Shown here piece after piece: positions 10,679 through 18,902 of a DNA stretch of 27,031 bases. Position numbers and translations under genes: made by a program. Position 1 is the first letter of the stretch. Each line of letters begins with the position of its first letter. The stretch is from a virus (Duplodnaviria; Caudoviricetes), in the IMG/VR virus record IMGVR_UViG_3300029822_000062, positions 1 to 27,031 of that record; one strand, given 5' to 3'. Below the pieces are notes generated by a model. The model was not told the DNA's origin and did not search any database. It worked only from the letters and a program-made list of their open reading frames with translations.

Positions 10679-11176
10679 ATGAGTAAAAAAGAAAATAAGA
10701 AAAAACTTTTAGAAGAGAAGAAACAAAAACTAGAACAGAGAAAAAAAGAGCTGGAAGAAAAAAAGAAAAATGCGAAAGAGTTTAGCATAGAGGATTTAAT
10801 AGCTAAGAAGTTAAGAAAAGATGAAAGGAAAAATAAGGTTATTGAAGTTTACAGTGAGGAGGCTGACAGAAAATTAAAGGTTAAAATGCCTTCCGATAAG
10901 GCTGTATTGAAAATAATCAATACCATAGCGAATACAGCTGATGAAGACGGCAATGTTGACATTGAAGCTTTTACAGAGGCAGCTACACCACTTATATATA
11001 ATTGCTGTCCTAAATTGCATGATAAGGAATTGCAAAAAGCTTGTGAAATAGCTGGTGATTGTTGGGATATAGTAGAAGTAATCTTCAATTGGGATGAAAG
11101 AGTTGGAATAGCTCAAGAAATCCTAGAAAACAGTAAAGTTTCTAAGGATATTGATGAAGAAATAAAAAACTCATAG
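10679..11176 (+). CDS. Tail assembly chaperone (XkdN-like, gpG analogue)
   Basis: IYNCCPKLHDKELQ motif. Ends EIKNS over the slippery heptamer A AAA AAC (11164-11170). Confidence 0.8.
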   Translation: MSKKENKKKLLEEKKQKLEQRKKELEEKKKNAKEFSIEDLIAKKLRKDERKNKVIEVYSEEADRKLKVKMPSDKAVLKIINTIANTADEDGNVDIEAFTEAATPLIYNCCPKLHDKELQKACEIAGDCWDIVEVIFNWDERVGIAQEILENSKVSKDIDEEIKNS

Positions 11177-11349
11177 AGCAGGATAGATGGTGTAATACAA
11201 TAGCTTTCTTTACTGCAAGAGGAAAAGACGAAGAAAAGTTGTTAAATGCATCTCCCATAGAAAAGATATTTTATAATAACGTAAAGGAAAATTACTGGAG
11301 GGAAAAAGCAGAATTTATGTCAGCTATGTTTAATGGAAAAAAAGAATAA
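11170..11349 (+). CDS. -1 frameshift extension of the tail assembly chaperone (gpT analogue)
   Basis: The -1 frame is open for 59 codons (LIEQDRWCNTIAFF...MFNGKKE*) right after the slippery site, with no start codon/RBS of its own at the 5' end. Confidence 0.7.
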   Translation, partial: LIEQDRWCNTIAFFTARGKDEEKLLNASPIEKIFYNNVKENYWREKAEFMSAMFNGKKE

Positions 11350-11379
11350 TTGGAATATAATCTCCAAATTTGCTATTAT
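11350..11379 (+). promoter_or_regulatory. Candidate sigma-A promoter of the moron
   Basis: TTGGAA (11350-55), 18 nt spacer, then TG-c-TATTAT (extended -10). Confidence 0.45.
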
Positions 11380-11410
11380 AGAGGTATAAAGGAAAAGAGA
11401 GGGGATTATT

Positions 11411-12001
11411 ATGTTTTCCAAAGGTAAAAAATTGAAGGAAATGTTTCCTAATTATGATTTTTATGATTCTATATATGGTGATTTTTACCTACTTATAGGA
11501 AATGAAGATTTAATTTTTATAAATAAGCGGGATGCTAAAAAAGTAGTATTAAAAGAAATACAACCTGAAAGAATTACACAAATAGATGATTTAGAGGTAT
11601 ATCAAGATGGTAAAACTATAAAATGTGGAAATGGTGGCAAGGTGTTAGCAGGTGGAATTACATTTGGCTTACTTGGAGCGTTAGTTGGTGCCAATGCTAA
11701 ACATAAAGAAATAGATTATGTAACAAGTTTAGGATTAAACATTTATGCTGATGGTAAGTTATATAATTATTGTAGTATAAAAACTGAAACTAAAAAGAAT
11801 AGTTTTACTTATAGAATAAGTATAGAAACCTTAAATAGCCTTAGGGCAAAGTTATTAAAATTCCAGAACACAATTGAAGATACTATAGTAAAAGATGATA
11901 TTATAACTCAGATTAAAGCACTAGCAGATTTAAAAGAGCAGGGTGTACTTACAGAAGAAGAATTTACTAAAAAGAAAACTGAATTATTAGCAAAGATATA
12001 A
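11411..12001 (+). CDS. SHOCT-domain membrane-associated protein (moron)
   Basis: Glycine-zipper hydrophobic segment VLAGGITFGLLGALVGA and C-terminal SHOCT 'IKALADLKEQGVLTEEEFTKKKTELL'. Confidence 0.8.
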   Translation: MFSKGKKLKEMFPNYDFYDSIYGDFYLLIGNEDLIFINKRDAKKVVLKEIQPERITQIDDLEVYQDGKTIKCGNGGKVLAGGITFGLLGALVGANAKHKEIDYVTSLGLNIYADGKLYNYCSIKTETKKNSFTYRISIETLNSLRAKLLKFQNTIEDTIVKDDIITQIKALADLKEQGVLTEEEFTKKKTELLAKI

Positions 12002-12026
12002 GAATCACTTATGTGGTTCTTTTTTA
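12000..12026 (+). terminator. Intrinsic terminator after the moron
   Basis: AAGAATCAC-ttat-GTGGTTCTT followed by TTTT. Confidence 0.75.
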
Positions 12027-12078
12027 TTTAGAGATATTTTTTATATCTCCTTTTTCTTTTATAGAGGAGGTGACACAA

Positions 12079-12597
12079 ATTAGTAGAACGATAGCAACTA
12101 TACTGAACTTAAAAGACTTATTCAGCCCCACCTTACGAGAGACGGTTAATAATACTAAAGAGTTTCAAAGGCAAATTCAGCATACTCAAAATGAAATTAC
12201 GAAATTAAAAGACAATGTTTCTAATAATTTTGGAAATATTAAGGCAAAGGTAGCTGGAGTGGTAACAGGACTTGGAGTTGCTGAATTTGCAAAACAATCA
12301 GTTGAACTCGCTAGTAATCTTGTTGAAGTCCAGAATGTAGTAGACCAGACTTTTGGAAGTGGCGCAACGCAAATAAATAATTGGAGCAAAACTGCCCTAA
12401 ACGCTTTTGGATTAAATCAATTGCAAGCAAAGCAATTTACTGGGTATTTAGGCGCTATGATGAAAAGTTCTGGAATAACTGGAGATGCACTTACAAAAAT
12501 GAGTGAAAATCTAGTCGGACTTGCTGGAGATATGGCATCATTTGATAACCTAGATCCTGAGGTAGCTTTTGAAAAAATTAGAAGTGGTATATCGGGT
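12079..12597 (+). CDS. Tape measure protein, exon 1
   Basis: RBS GGAGGTG, then ATT-AGT-AGA (xSRTIATILNLKD). TMP motifs EVQNVVDQTFG and LAGDMASF. Ends KIRSGISG at the group I 5' splice site. Confidence 0.85.
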
Positions 12598-12682
12598 AAA
12601 TGTTTTGCCCCTCGCTATAGAAATGTAGCATAGAAGGTCGAGTAAAATCGGTGAAAGCTAAGTTAATTAATTATATAAAATA

Positions 12683-12811
12683 TGGTATAATATAAATATA
12701 GGATAGGTTTGAATTAGCTACTCAAACTGATAAGGGTATTTTCCTAGACACCCTTCCTATTTAAATAATTCAATATCTAGGAAAATAAAACCTATAGGAG
12801 GGTTATTTATT
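12683..12811 (+). promoter_or_regulatory. Internal extended -10 promoter and structured leader RNA, copy 1
   Basis: TGGTATAAT, then a three-stem junction with a 12-bp pseudoknot, then RBS GGAGGG. Homologous to 15590-15720. Confidence 0.75.
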
Positions 12812-13684
12812 ATGCAAAAAATTAGTGGAATTTACAAAATAACTTGTCTGTCCAATAAAAAGTTTTACATTGGTTCATCAGTAGATATAAAAAAGAGATG
12901 GAATGAGCACATATGGGAACTTAATAATGGCAAACATTGTAATAAGCACCTTCAAGATGCGTGGGATAAATATGGACAAGGCAATTTCAAATTTGAGATT
13001 ATAGAAAAATGTGGTAAGAATAATATATTACAAAAAGAGCAAGAGTATATTGATTTATATAATGTTTGTGATAGAACTAGAGGATTTAATATCTCCAAAG
13101 ATGCTTTAGCACCAATGAAAGGAAGAAAACATAGTAAAGAAACTAGAAAACATTTTTCCAAGATAAGAAAAGGAACCTTAAAAGGCAAAAATAACCCAAT
13201 GTATGGGAAACACTTAACCTTAGAGCAAAAAGAACATTTAAGAATGTTAAATATGGGACAAAATAATGCTTTTTATGGTAAAAAACATACTAAAGAAGCT
13301 AAAAACAAAATTAGTATAGCAAATAAAGGAAGAACAGTTTCAGAAACACAAAAGCAACATTTAAGTATGACTATGCTAGGAGAAAATAATCCTTTTTTTG
13401 GGAAAAAACATTCTCAACAAGATTTAAACAAAATGAGCAAAAACAGAAAAGGAAAATGTGCGGGCAAAGAAAATCCTAATTCTAAAAAAGTTGTAAAACT
13501 TGATGAAGGAAATAATTTAATAGAAATATATGATACTGTAACAGAGGCAGCAAATAAAAATAATGCTCAGCGTTCACATATAGCATTAGTTTGCAGAGGA
13601 GAAAGAAAACACACAGGTGGATATAAGTGGATATACTATGAGGACTATTTAAAATTAGATAAGGGAAAAACACAGAGTGCTTAA
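12812..13684 (+). CDS. Intron-encoded GIY-YIG homing endonuclease with NUMOD3 repeats and a NUMOD1-like C-terminus
   Basis: GIYKIT..FYIGSS..KRW..H, repeated NP(M/F)(Y/F)GKKH(S/T) units and a C-terminal TVTEAA..IALVC..GGYKW. Confidence 0.92.
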   Translation: MQKISGIYKITCLSNKKFYIGSSVDIKKRWNEHIWELNNGKHCNKHLQDAWDKYGQGNFKFEIIEKCGKNNILQKEQEYIDLYNVCDRTRGFNISKDALAPMKGRKHSKETRKHFSKIRKGTLKGKNNPMYGKHLTLEQKEHLRMLNMGQNNAFYGKKHTKEAKNKISIANKGRTVSETQKQHLSMTMLGENNPFFGKKHSQQDLNKMSKNRKGKCAGKENPNSKKVVKLDEGNNLIEIYDTVTEAANKNNAQRSHIALVCRGERKHTGGYKWIYYEDYLKLDKGKTQSA

Positions 13685-13702
13685 TACCATAGGCACTCTT
13701 TT
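13674..13702 (+). terminator. Hairpin/terminator at the end of the GIY-YIG ORF
   Basis: AGAGTGC-ttaataccatag-GCACTCT followed by TTT. Homologous to 16996-17024. Confidence 0.6.
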
Positions 13703-13963
13703 ATAATGTAATTAATTAATATGCCAATACCGAGGAAAGCTATCAGATTACGAAAGGCTGATAACCTCCGTAGAGCGTAGAGAGTGAATAAATATAATCT
13801 CTCCAAGAGTATTCGACACGATTATATATAGTATAATCTGAAAACCTAACGTTAAAACGAGGGTGAAAATGTACGCCGAACTGGGTATGAATTAACATAC
13901 CGATAATCAATGAGGGAAACCTCCAGAAATAAAGGATAAAAAGCCTTTATGATAACATAATTG

Positions 13964-15449
13964 GAAACTGAACCATTAAAAGAAATTGGCATAAATATGG
14001 ATGTTGCTAACTTGAAGGCTTATGCATTAAAAGAGGGCATCACTAAGAGCTATGAAAGCATGAACCAAGCTGAACAAACAACATTAAGATATAACTATTT
14101 AATGAGTGTTACAGCCGATAAACACGGTGATTTTGCTAAAACACAACAAACTTTCGCCAACCAAATGAGGATTGCTAAAGGTAGTATAGGACAGGCAGGA
14201 GCCAGTATTGCAACAGGATTTTTACCATATTTAAATAAACTCTTATTAATGTTTAATAATGGAGGTTTGAAATCAATTGGAAGCATTTTTAGTGGCATAG
14301 GTAACACAATAATAAGCATTGCTAATAGTGCGAAAGTCCCAATACAAAGCTTAGTTAATAGTTTAGGCAATTTAGCTAAAACAAGTGGACTAAAAACTTT
14401 ATTTTCTGGAGTAGATAGTAAGCCGTTAGAAACACTTAAATATACAATTAATAGTGTTATTTATGGCATAAGAGATTTAGTCAATTTTATAGCAGACCAT
14501 ATGACGGCAACTAAAACTATTTTAGCCGGTGTAGGTGGTGCATTTGCAGCAGCTAAGTTTATACAAGAAGCTATAAAAGTGCAGAAAGCTATAAAAGATG
14601 TTAGTAAAGGAATAGAGGATTTAAAAAATTTAAGCAAAGTAGGAAAACTTTTTTCAACCTTATTCAGCGTGCCTGGTGGAGCATTAGGATTCATTGCAAT
14701 TATTGCAATAGTAGCAGCAGGAGCATATTTAATTATTAATCATTGGACACAAGTAAAACAATTTGCAGACAATTTCTTTAATAGTGTACAAGGAAAATTT
14801 TTAACGGCAACAGTTGGAATTTTAGGAATAACTAAAGCTACAAAGGCACTAGGAATAACATTTACGGATTTAAAAATTATTGGACTATATGCTGCAGATG
14901 CAGTGAAAAAAATAGGACTTGGTATTGGTACAGGATTTTCTAAAGCTGGCCTATTAGCAAAAACTTTAGGTTCTAGTTTACTTGGAATAGGGAAAAGTGC
15001 ACTTAGTGCAGCTAGAGATATAGCAATAATGACAGGAGGAATAGTAAAACAGGGTGCATTATGGGCAGCTAATGCAATTAAAGCTGGGGTATATAAAGTA
15101 GCAACTCTTGCAGTAGCGGCAGCACAAAGGACGGCTGCAGTGGCACAAAGAGTATTAAATATTGTAATGGATGCTAATCCTATAGTATTAATAATAACTG
15201 CAATCGCCGGACTAGTTGCCGCATTAGTAACCCTATATAATAAAAATGTTTGGTTTAGGAATAAAGTAAATGAAGTATTTGCATGGTTTGGAACATTACC
15301 CAGCAAGTTCAAGGGCTGGGCACATGATATGATAGACGGTTTTGTACAAGGGATACAAGATAAAATTGCATCAGTAAAGCAAGGTGCTCAAAACATAGCT
15401 AACACAATTAGAAAAATACTTCATTTTAGTACACCAGACGAAGGACCGT
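13964..15449 (+). CDS. Tape measure protein, exon 2
   Basis: Begins ETEPLKEIGINM. Ala/Gly-rich helical sequence, ANPIVLII..LY.KN.WFRN motif, ends HFSTPDEGP+T. Confidence 0.88.
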
Positions 15450-15589
15450 TAAAATTAGCGGCTTGATATAGCAATATATCAATGAATAACCATGTGAACC
15501 TATAAATATAGGGTGTGTATGAATAACCATATGCTAACGGTGAAAGCTAAGTTTATATTTGTTTAAAATGAAAATGATAATTAAAAATA

Positions 15590-15720
15590 TGGTATAATAT
15601 AAGTAGGATAGATAAGGAAGTCGCGAGCCTTATTGATAAGGGTGTTTTCCCAAATGCCTTTCCTTCGAATTAAAATTAAATATTTTGGGAAATAAAAGAC
15701 CTATGGGAGGGTTATTTGTT
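15590..15720 (+). promoter_or_regulatory. Internal extended -10 promoter and structured leader RNA, copy 2
   Basis: TGGTATAAT, the same stem architecture as copy 1 with compensatory changes, then RBS GGAGGG. Confidence 0.75.
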
Positions 15721-17013
15721 ATGCCAAAAAAATTCACAATAGAGCAGATTAAAAAATTTGTAAAAGGAAATTCAGATTGCAAATTATTAGATGAAGAATA
15801 CATTAATCAAGACACAAAGATGAAATTTCAATGTAAGTGTGGGAACATATTTGAAACTACTTTTAGCAGGTTTAAAAATAAAAATAAAAGGCAATGTAGT
15901 GAATGCGGTAAAAAGTCTAGGATTAAGAAAAGGAGAAAACCACATAAAGAATTTTGCAAGCAGGTTTATGAATTGGTTGGGAATGAATATTTAGTTCTTG
16001 GAAAATATAAAAATAATTGTACTAAAGTTTTAATGGAACATAATAAATGCGGACATTCATATGAAGTTACTCCAGGTAATTTTTTAAGAGGTGAAAGATG
16101 CCCAAACTGTTTTGGAACTCCTAAAAAAGACACAGAACAATTTAAAAAAGAAGTATTTAAAAAATGGGGTAATGAATATAAAGTTTTAGGGCAATATAAA
16201 AGCAATAACTCAAAAATATTAATAGAGCATACTAAATGTGGGTTTAAATGGTTCACATTGCCAAGACATTTATTAGAAGACCATGGATGCCCTAAATGCT
16301 CTAATAATATTAAAAAAGATATTGAAATATTTAAAAAAGAGCTTAGCAAAATTAATAAAAATATAGTTGTATTAGGAGAATATGAAAATGTGGATACTCC
16401 AATTAAAGTTAGATGTTTAATAGATGGTTATGAATGGAGAGCTGCTCCACATAATTTATTAAAAGGTAGCAAATGCCCACGATGCAGTAAGCACGAAAGA
16501 TACACCACTAAAACTTATAAAGATAAAATATTGAATTTATATGGAAATGAATATAGTATTTTAGGAAATTATATTAACAGTAAAACCAAAATATTAATTA
16601 AGCATAACAAATGCGGACATATTTGGAAAGCTGTTCCTCCAAGTTTAATAAGTGGTTATGGGTGCCCTAAATGTAATGAAAGCAAAGGAGAAAAGAAAAT
16701 TTCCACATATTTAGATAAAAATAATGTTAAATATATAACCCAATATAAGTTTAAAAGTTGTAAAAATAAAAGAGAATTGCCATTTGATTTTTATTTATCT
16801 GAATATAATATTTGCATTGAATATGATGGAGAACAACATTTTAAGCCATACAGATTCACAGATAAAAAGAAATCTTTTGAAAAATTGCATATGACTAAAG
16901 TTAGAGACCAGATAAAAAATAAATACTGCAAAGAGAACAATATAAAGCTTGTAAGAATACCATATACAGAATTTAACAATATAGAAATTATTTTAAAGAG
17001 TGTTTTACCATAG
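15721..17013 (+). CDS. Intron-encoded putative homing endonuclease: five tandem Zn-ribbon repeats plus a Vsr/DUF559-like (EDxHD-type) nuclease domain
   Basis: Repeats (H/C)xxCG..W..P..LL.G..CPxC. C-terminal SKGEKKI..PFDFYL..IEYDGEQH..RDQIKNKYC..IKLVRIPY. ATG 15721 follows the RBS. Confidence 0.85.
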   Translation: MPKKFTIEQIKKFVKGNSDCKLLDEEYINQDTKMKFQCKCGNIFETTFSRFKNKNKRQCSECGKKSRIKKRRKPHKEFCKQVYELVGNEYLVLGKYKNNCTKVLMEHNKCGHSYEVTPGNFLRGERCPNCFGTPKKDTEQFKKEVFKKWGNEYKVLGQYKSNNSKILIEHTKCGFKWFTLPRHLLEDHGCPKCSNNIKKDIEIFKKELSKINKNIVVLGEYENVDTPIKVRCLIDGYEWRAAPHNLLKGSKCPRCSKHERYTTKTYKDKILNLYGNEYSILGNYINSKTKILIKHNKCGHIWKAVPPSLISGYGCPKCNESKGEKKISTYLDKNNVKYITQYKFKSCKNKRELPFDFYLSEYNICIEYDGEQHFKPYRFTDKKKSFEKLHMTKVRDQIKNKYCKENNIKLVRIPYTEFNNIEIILKSVLP

Positions 17014-17024
17014 CACTCTTTTTT
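16996..17024 (+). terminator. Hairpin/terminator at the end of the second endonuclease ORF
   Basis: AAGAGTGT..TACCATA..GCACTCTT followed by TTTT. Confidence 0.6.
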
Positions 17025-17244
17025 ATTTTAAATAAATATAAATATGCCAATACCGTGCCAAGCCCTAACAATATAGCTATGGCTATGTTAGTGGAAGGTG
17101 TAACGACTATTCCGAGAGGAAGTACATTCTATGTGAAATTCATAGTTTGGAAGTGCATGGGTTCTTTTAATAAAAGAATATGAGATAGTCTAATCCGACT
17201 AATTTAATCAGTGTTAAAGTATTCCGAAAGGAACGGTATAAATG

Positions 17245-18380
17245 TAAAACCATATGCAACTTGGATGCCGGATATGGTAAATGGTATGAACCAAGGTATT
17301 ATTAATACCACTCCAAATATTGTAAAGGGCATAACAGATATGGCAACTAATATGACAGTACCTATAAACGACTTTGTAAAATCTAATAATACATTAGGTG
17401 TTAATGCGGTACAAGAGTTAAGTGCAGGCATATCAAGTCAGGAAAGTAATGCAGTTGCTACAGCACAAAGTTTAGCTACGAAAATATTACAAGGCGTTAA
17501 AGATATTTTTGGAATACATTCCCCAAGTAGGGCAATGGGTGATGTGGGTATTAACTTTATGCAAGGCTTTATAGACAAATTAAAGAGCAGCAATATAGCA
17601 GATGTAATTAAAACGGTATTTGGAGATATAGCAAGTTTAGCAAACGGAACTTTAGGTGGGGCATTAAGTGGTATAGTGTCTAATTTTATAAACACTGGAG
17701 ATTTAAAAGGACTAGGCGGTATGCTTCAAGGTGTAATGCAAAATGGATTAAGTTTTCTTGGTAGTGGAAGCGTTAGTGGCAATGTAAGTGAATGGTTAGC
17801 TGCTGCATTGGCTGCAACAGGAACATCTATGGATTGGTTACCTGGATTACTTAAGCTAGTAAGTTATGAATCTGGAGATCCCGGAACACTAGGAAGTGGA
17901 GATGCTTCTTTAGTTAACAGTGTCCCTGTAGGAAATGAATATGCAACAGGGCTCTTACAGATGTTGCCTTCCACTTTTAGAGAGTTTACAGCGGGCATTG
18001 GAGATATAACAAACCCTGTAGCAAATGCGGCGGCAGCAATAAGATATATAAAGTCTAGGTATGGCAGTGTATACAATACCCCATTATTTACAAGTGGCGG
18101 CAGGTATAATGGATATGCAACTGGTACAAATAGTGCTAACAAAGGCATAGCAGAACTAGCAGAGGATGGGGCGGAACTTGTTACAGGCAAACAATTTAGA
18201 AACTTGCATGGTGGAGAACATGTTTATACAGCACAAGAAACAAAAGGTTTGCTAGGTGGTAAATCTATAAAAATGACAAATAACTTTTACTTTAAAGGTA
18301 ATATTGGAAATGAAGAATTTTTTGAAGAAGCAGGTAGTTATATTACTACTAAGTTCAGAACAGCATTAGCTAATATGTAG
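17245..18380 (+). CDS. Tape measure protein, exon 3, with a lytic transglycosylase (SLT-like) domain
   Basis: IFGIHSPSR; YES catalytic Glu, ATGLLQMLPSTF, NPVANAAAAIRYIKSRYG; GYATGT..AEDGAELV. The spliced CDS is 3141 nt = 1046 aa. Confidence 0.88.
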
Positions 18381-18391
18381 GAGGTGTGCTT

Positions 18392-18892
18392 ATGGATATA
18401 TTTTTTAGTAGTTTAGACAGGTCACAAGTGTATAAGCTTCCTATCATTCCGGAGAATATGCCAGAACTGAGTAAATCATCTAAGAATGAAGAATTTGAGG
18501 GGGATGGACAAACATATAACATTCTTGGGAATGTAGGGCTAGCAACTTTTACTATTGATTCATGGATGCCTGAGTATGCAGGAAAATGTACACAGAGTTT
18601 TTGTAAAAGCCAAATTAATCCTTATTTGATAATAAACTTGTGGAGTCAAGCTATGATAGATAAAAAGCCAATAAGGTGTGTTCAAACTAGAAATGATGGT
18701 AGTGAAATACTAAATTGGCTTGTAAGTGTAGAAAATATGAGTTGGTACCCAAGGCAAAATAAGGATATAAAGTATAAAGCAGAATTTAAGGAGTATGTAA
18801 GCCCAGAAGAAATATTTATTGATCCAGTTAAAAAGCCTATAAATGATGCTTTAAATAATTTAACAAACGTTATAAAGAGTGTATTTAAGTGA
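18392..18892 (+). CDS. Tail tube initiator-like protein (XkdP-like, no LysM seen)
   Basis: LPIIP..P N-terminus and DIKY..EFKEY C-terminus. Directly after the TMP. Confidence 0.6.
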   Translation: MDIFFSSLDRSQVYKLPIIPENMPELSKSSKNEEFEGDGQTYNILGNVGLATFTIDSWMPEYAGKCTQSFCKSQINPYLIINLWSQAMIDKKPIRCVQTRNDGSEILNWLVSVENMSWYPRQNKDIKYKAEFKEYVSPEEIFIDPVKKPINDALNNLTNVIKSVFK

Positions 18893-18902
18893 AGGTGATG
18901 TA

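Larger units (their letters stand above)
12598..13963 (+). ncRNA. Group I intron 1 in the tape measure gene (1366 nt)
   Basis: P1 GGGU|AAA..UUUGCCC with a U.G pair at U12597. P3 GTCGAGTA(12637)/TATTCGAC(13810), P4 TCGGT/ACCGA, P7 GCGTA(13775)/TACGC(13872), terminal G13963. Splicing restores in-frame KIRSGISG|ETEPLK. Confidence 0.92.
15450..17244 (+). ncRNA. Group I intron 2 in the tape measure gene (1795 nt)
   Basis: P1 CCGU|UA..UAGCGG with a U15449.G pair. P3 CCATGT/GCATGG, P4 ACGGT/ACCGT, canonical P7 GACTA(17105)/TAGTC(17186), terminal G17244. Splicing gives T|TA = Leu, restoring HFSTPDEGPLKPYATWMPDM. Confidence 0.92.

Noticed and set aside
12727-12760. CTGATAAG as a hammerhead ribozyme core
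   Set aside because: It lacks CUGAUGA plus a correctly placed GAAA, and the second copy reads TTGATAAG. Kept as an unknown motif instead.
12013-18380. Tape measure gene as a degraded pseudogene or as IS-disrupted
   Set aside because: The fragments rejoin exactly at group I splice sites with intact cores. The inserted ORFs are homing-type nucleases, with no transposase or TnpB motifs (so not IStrons).
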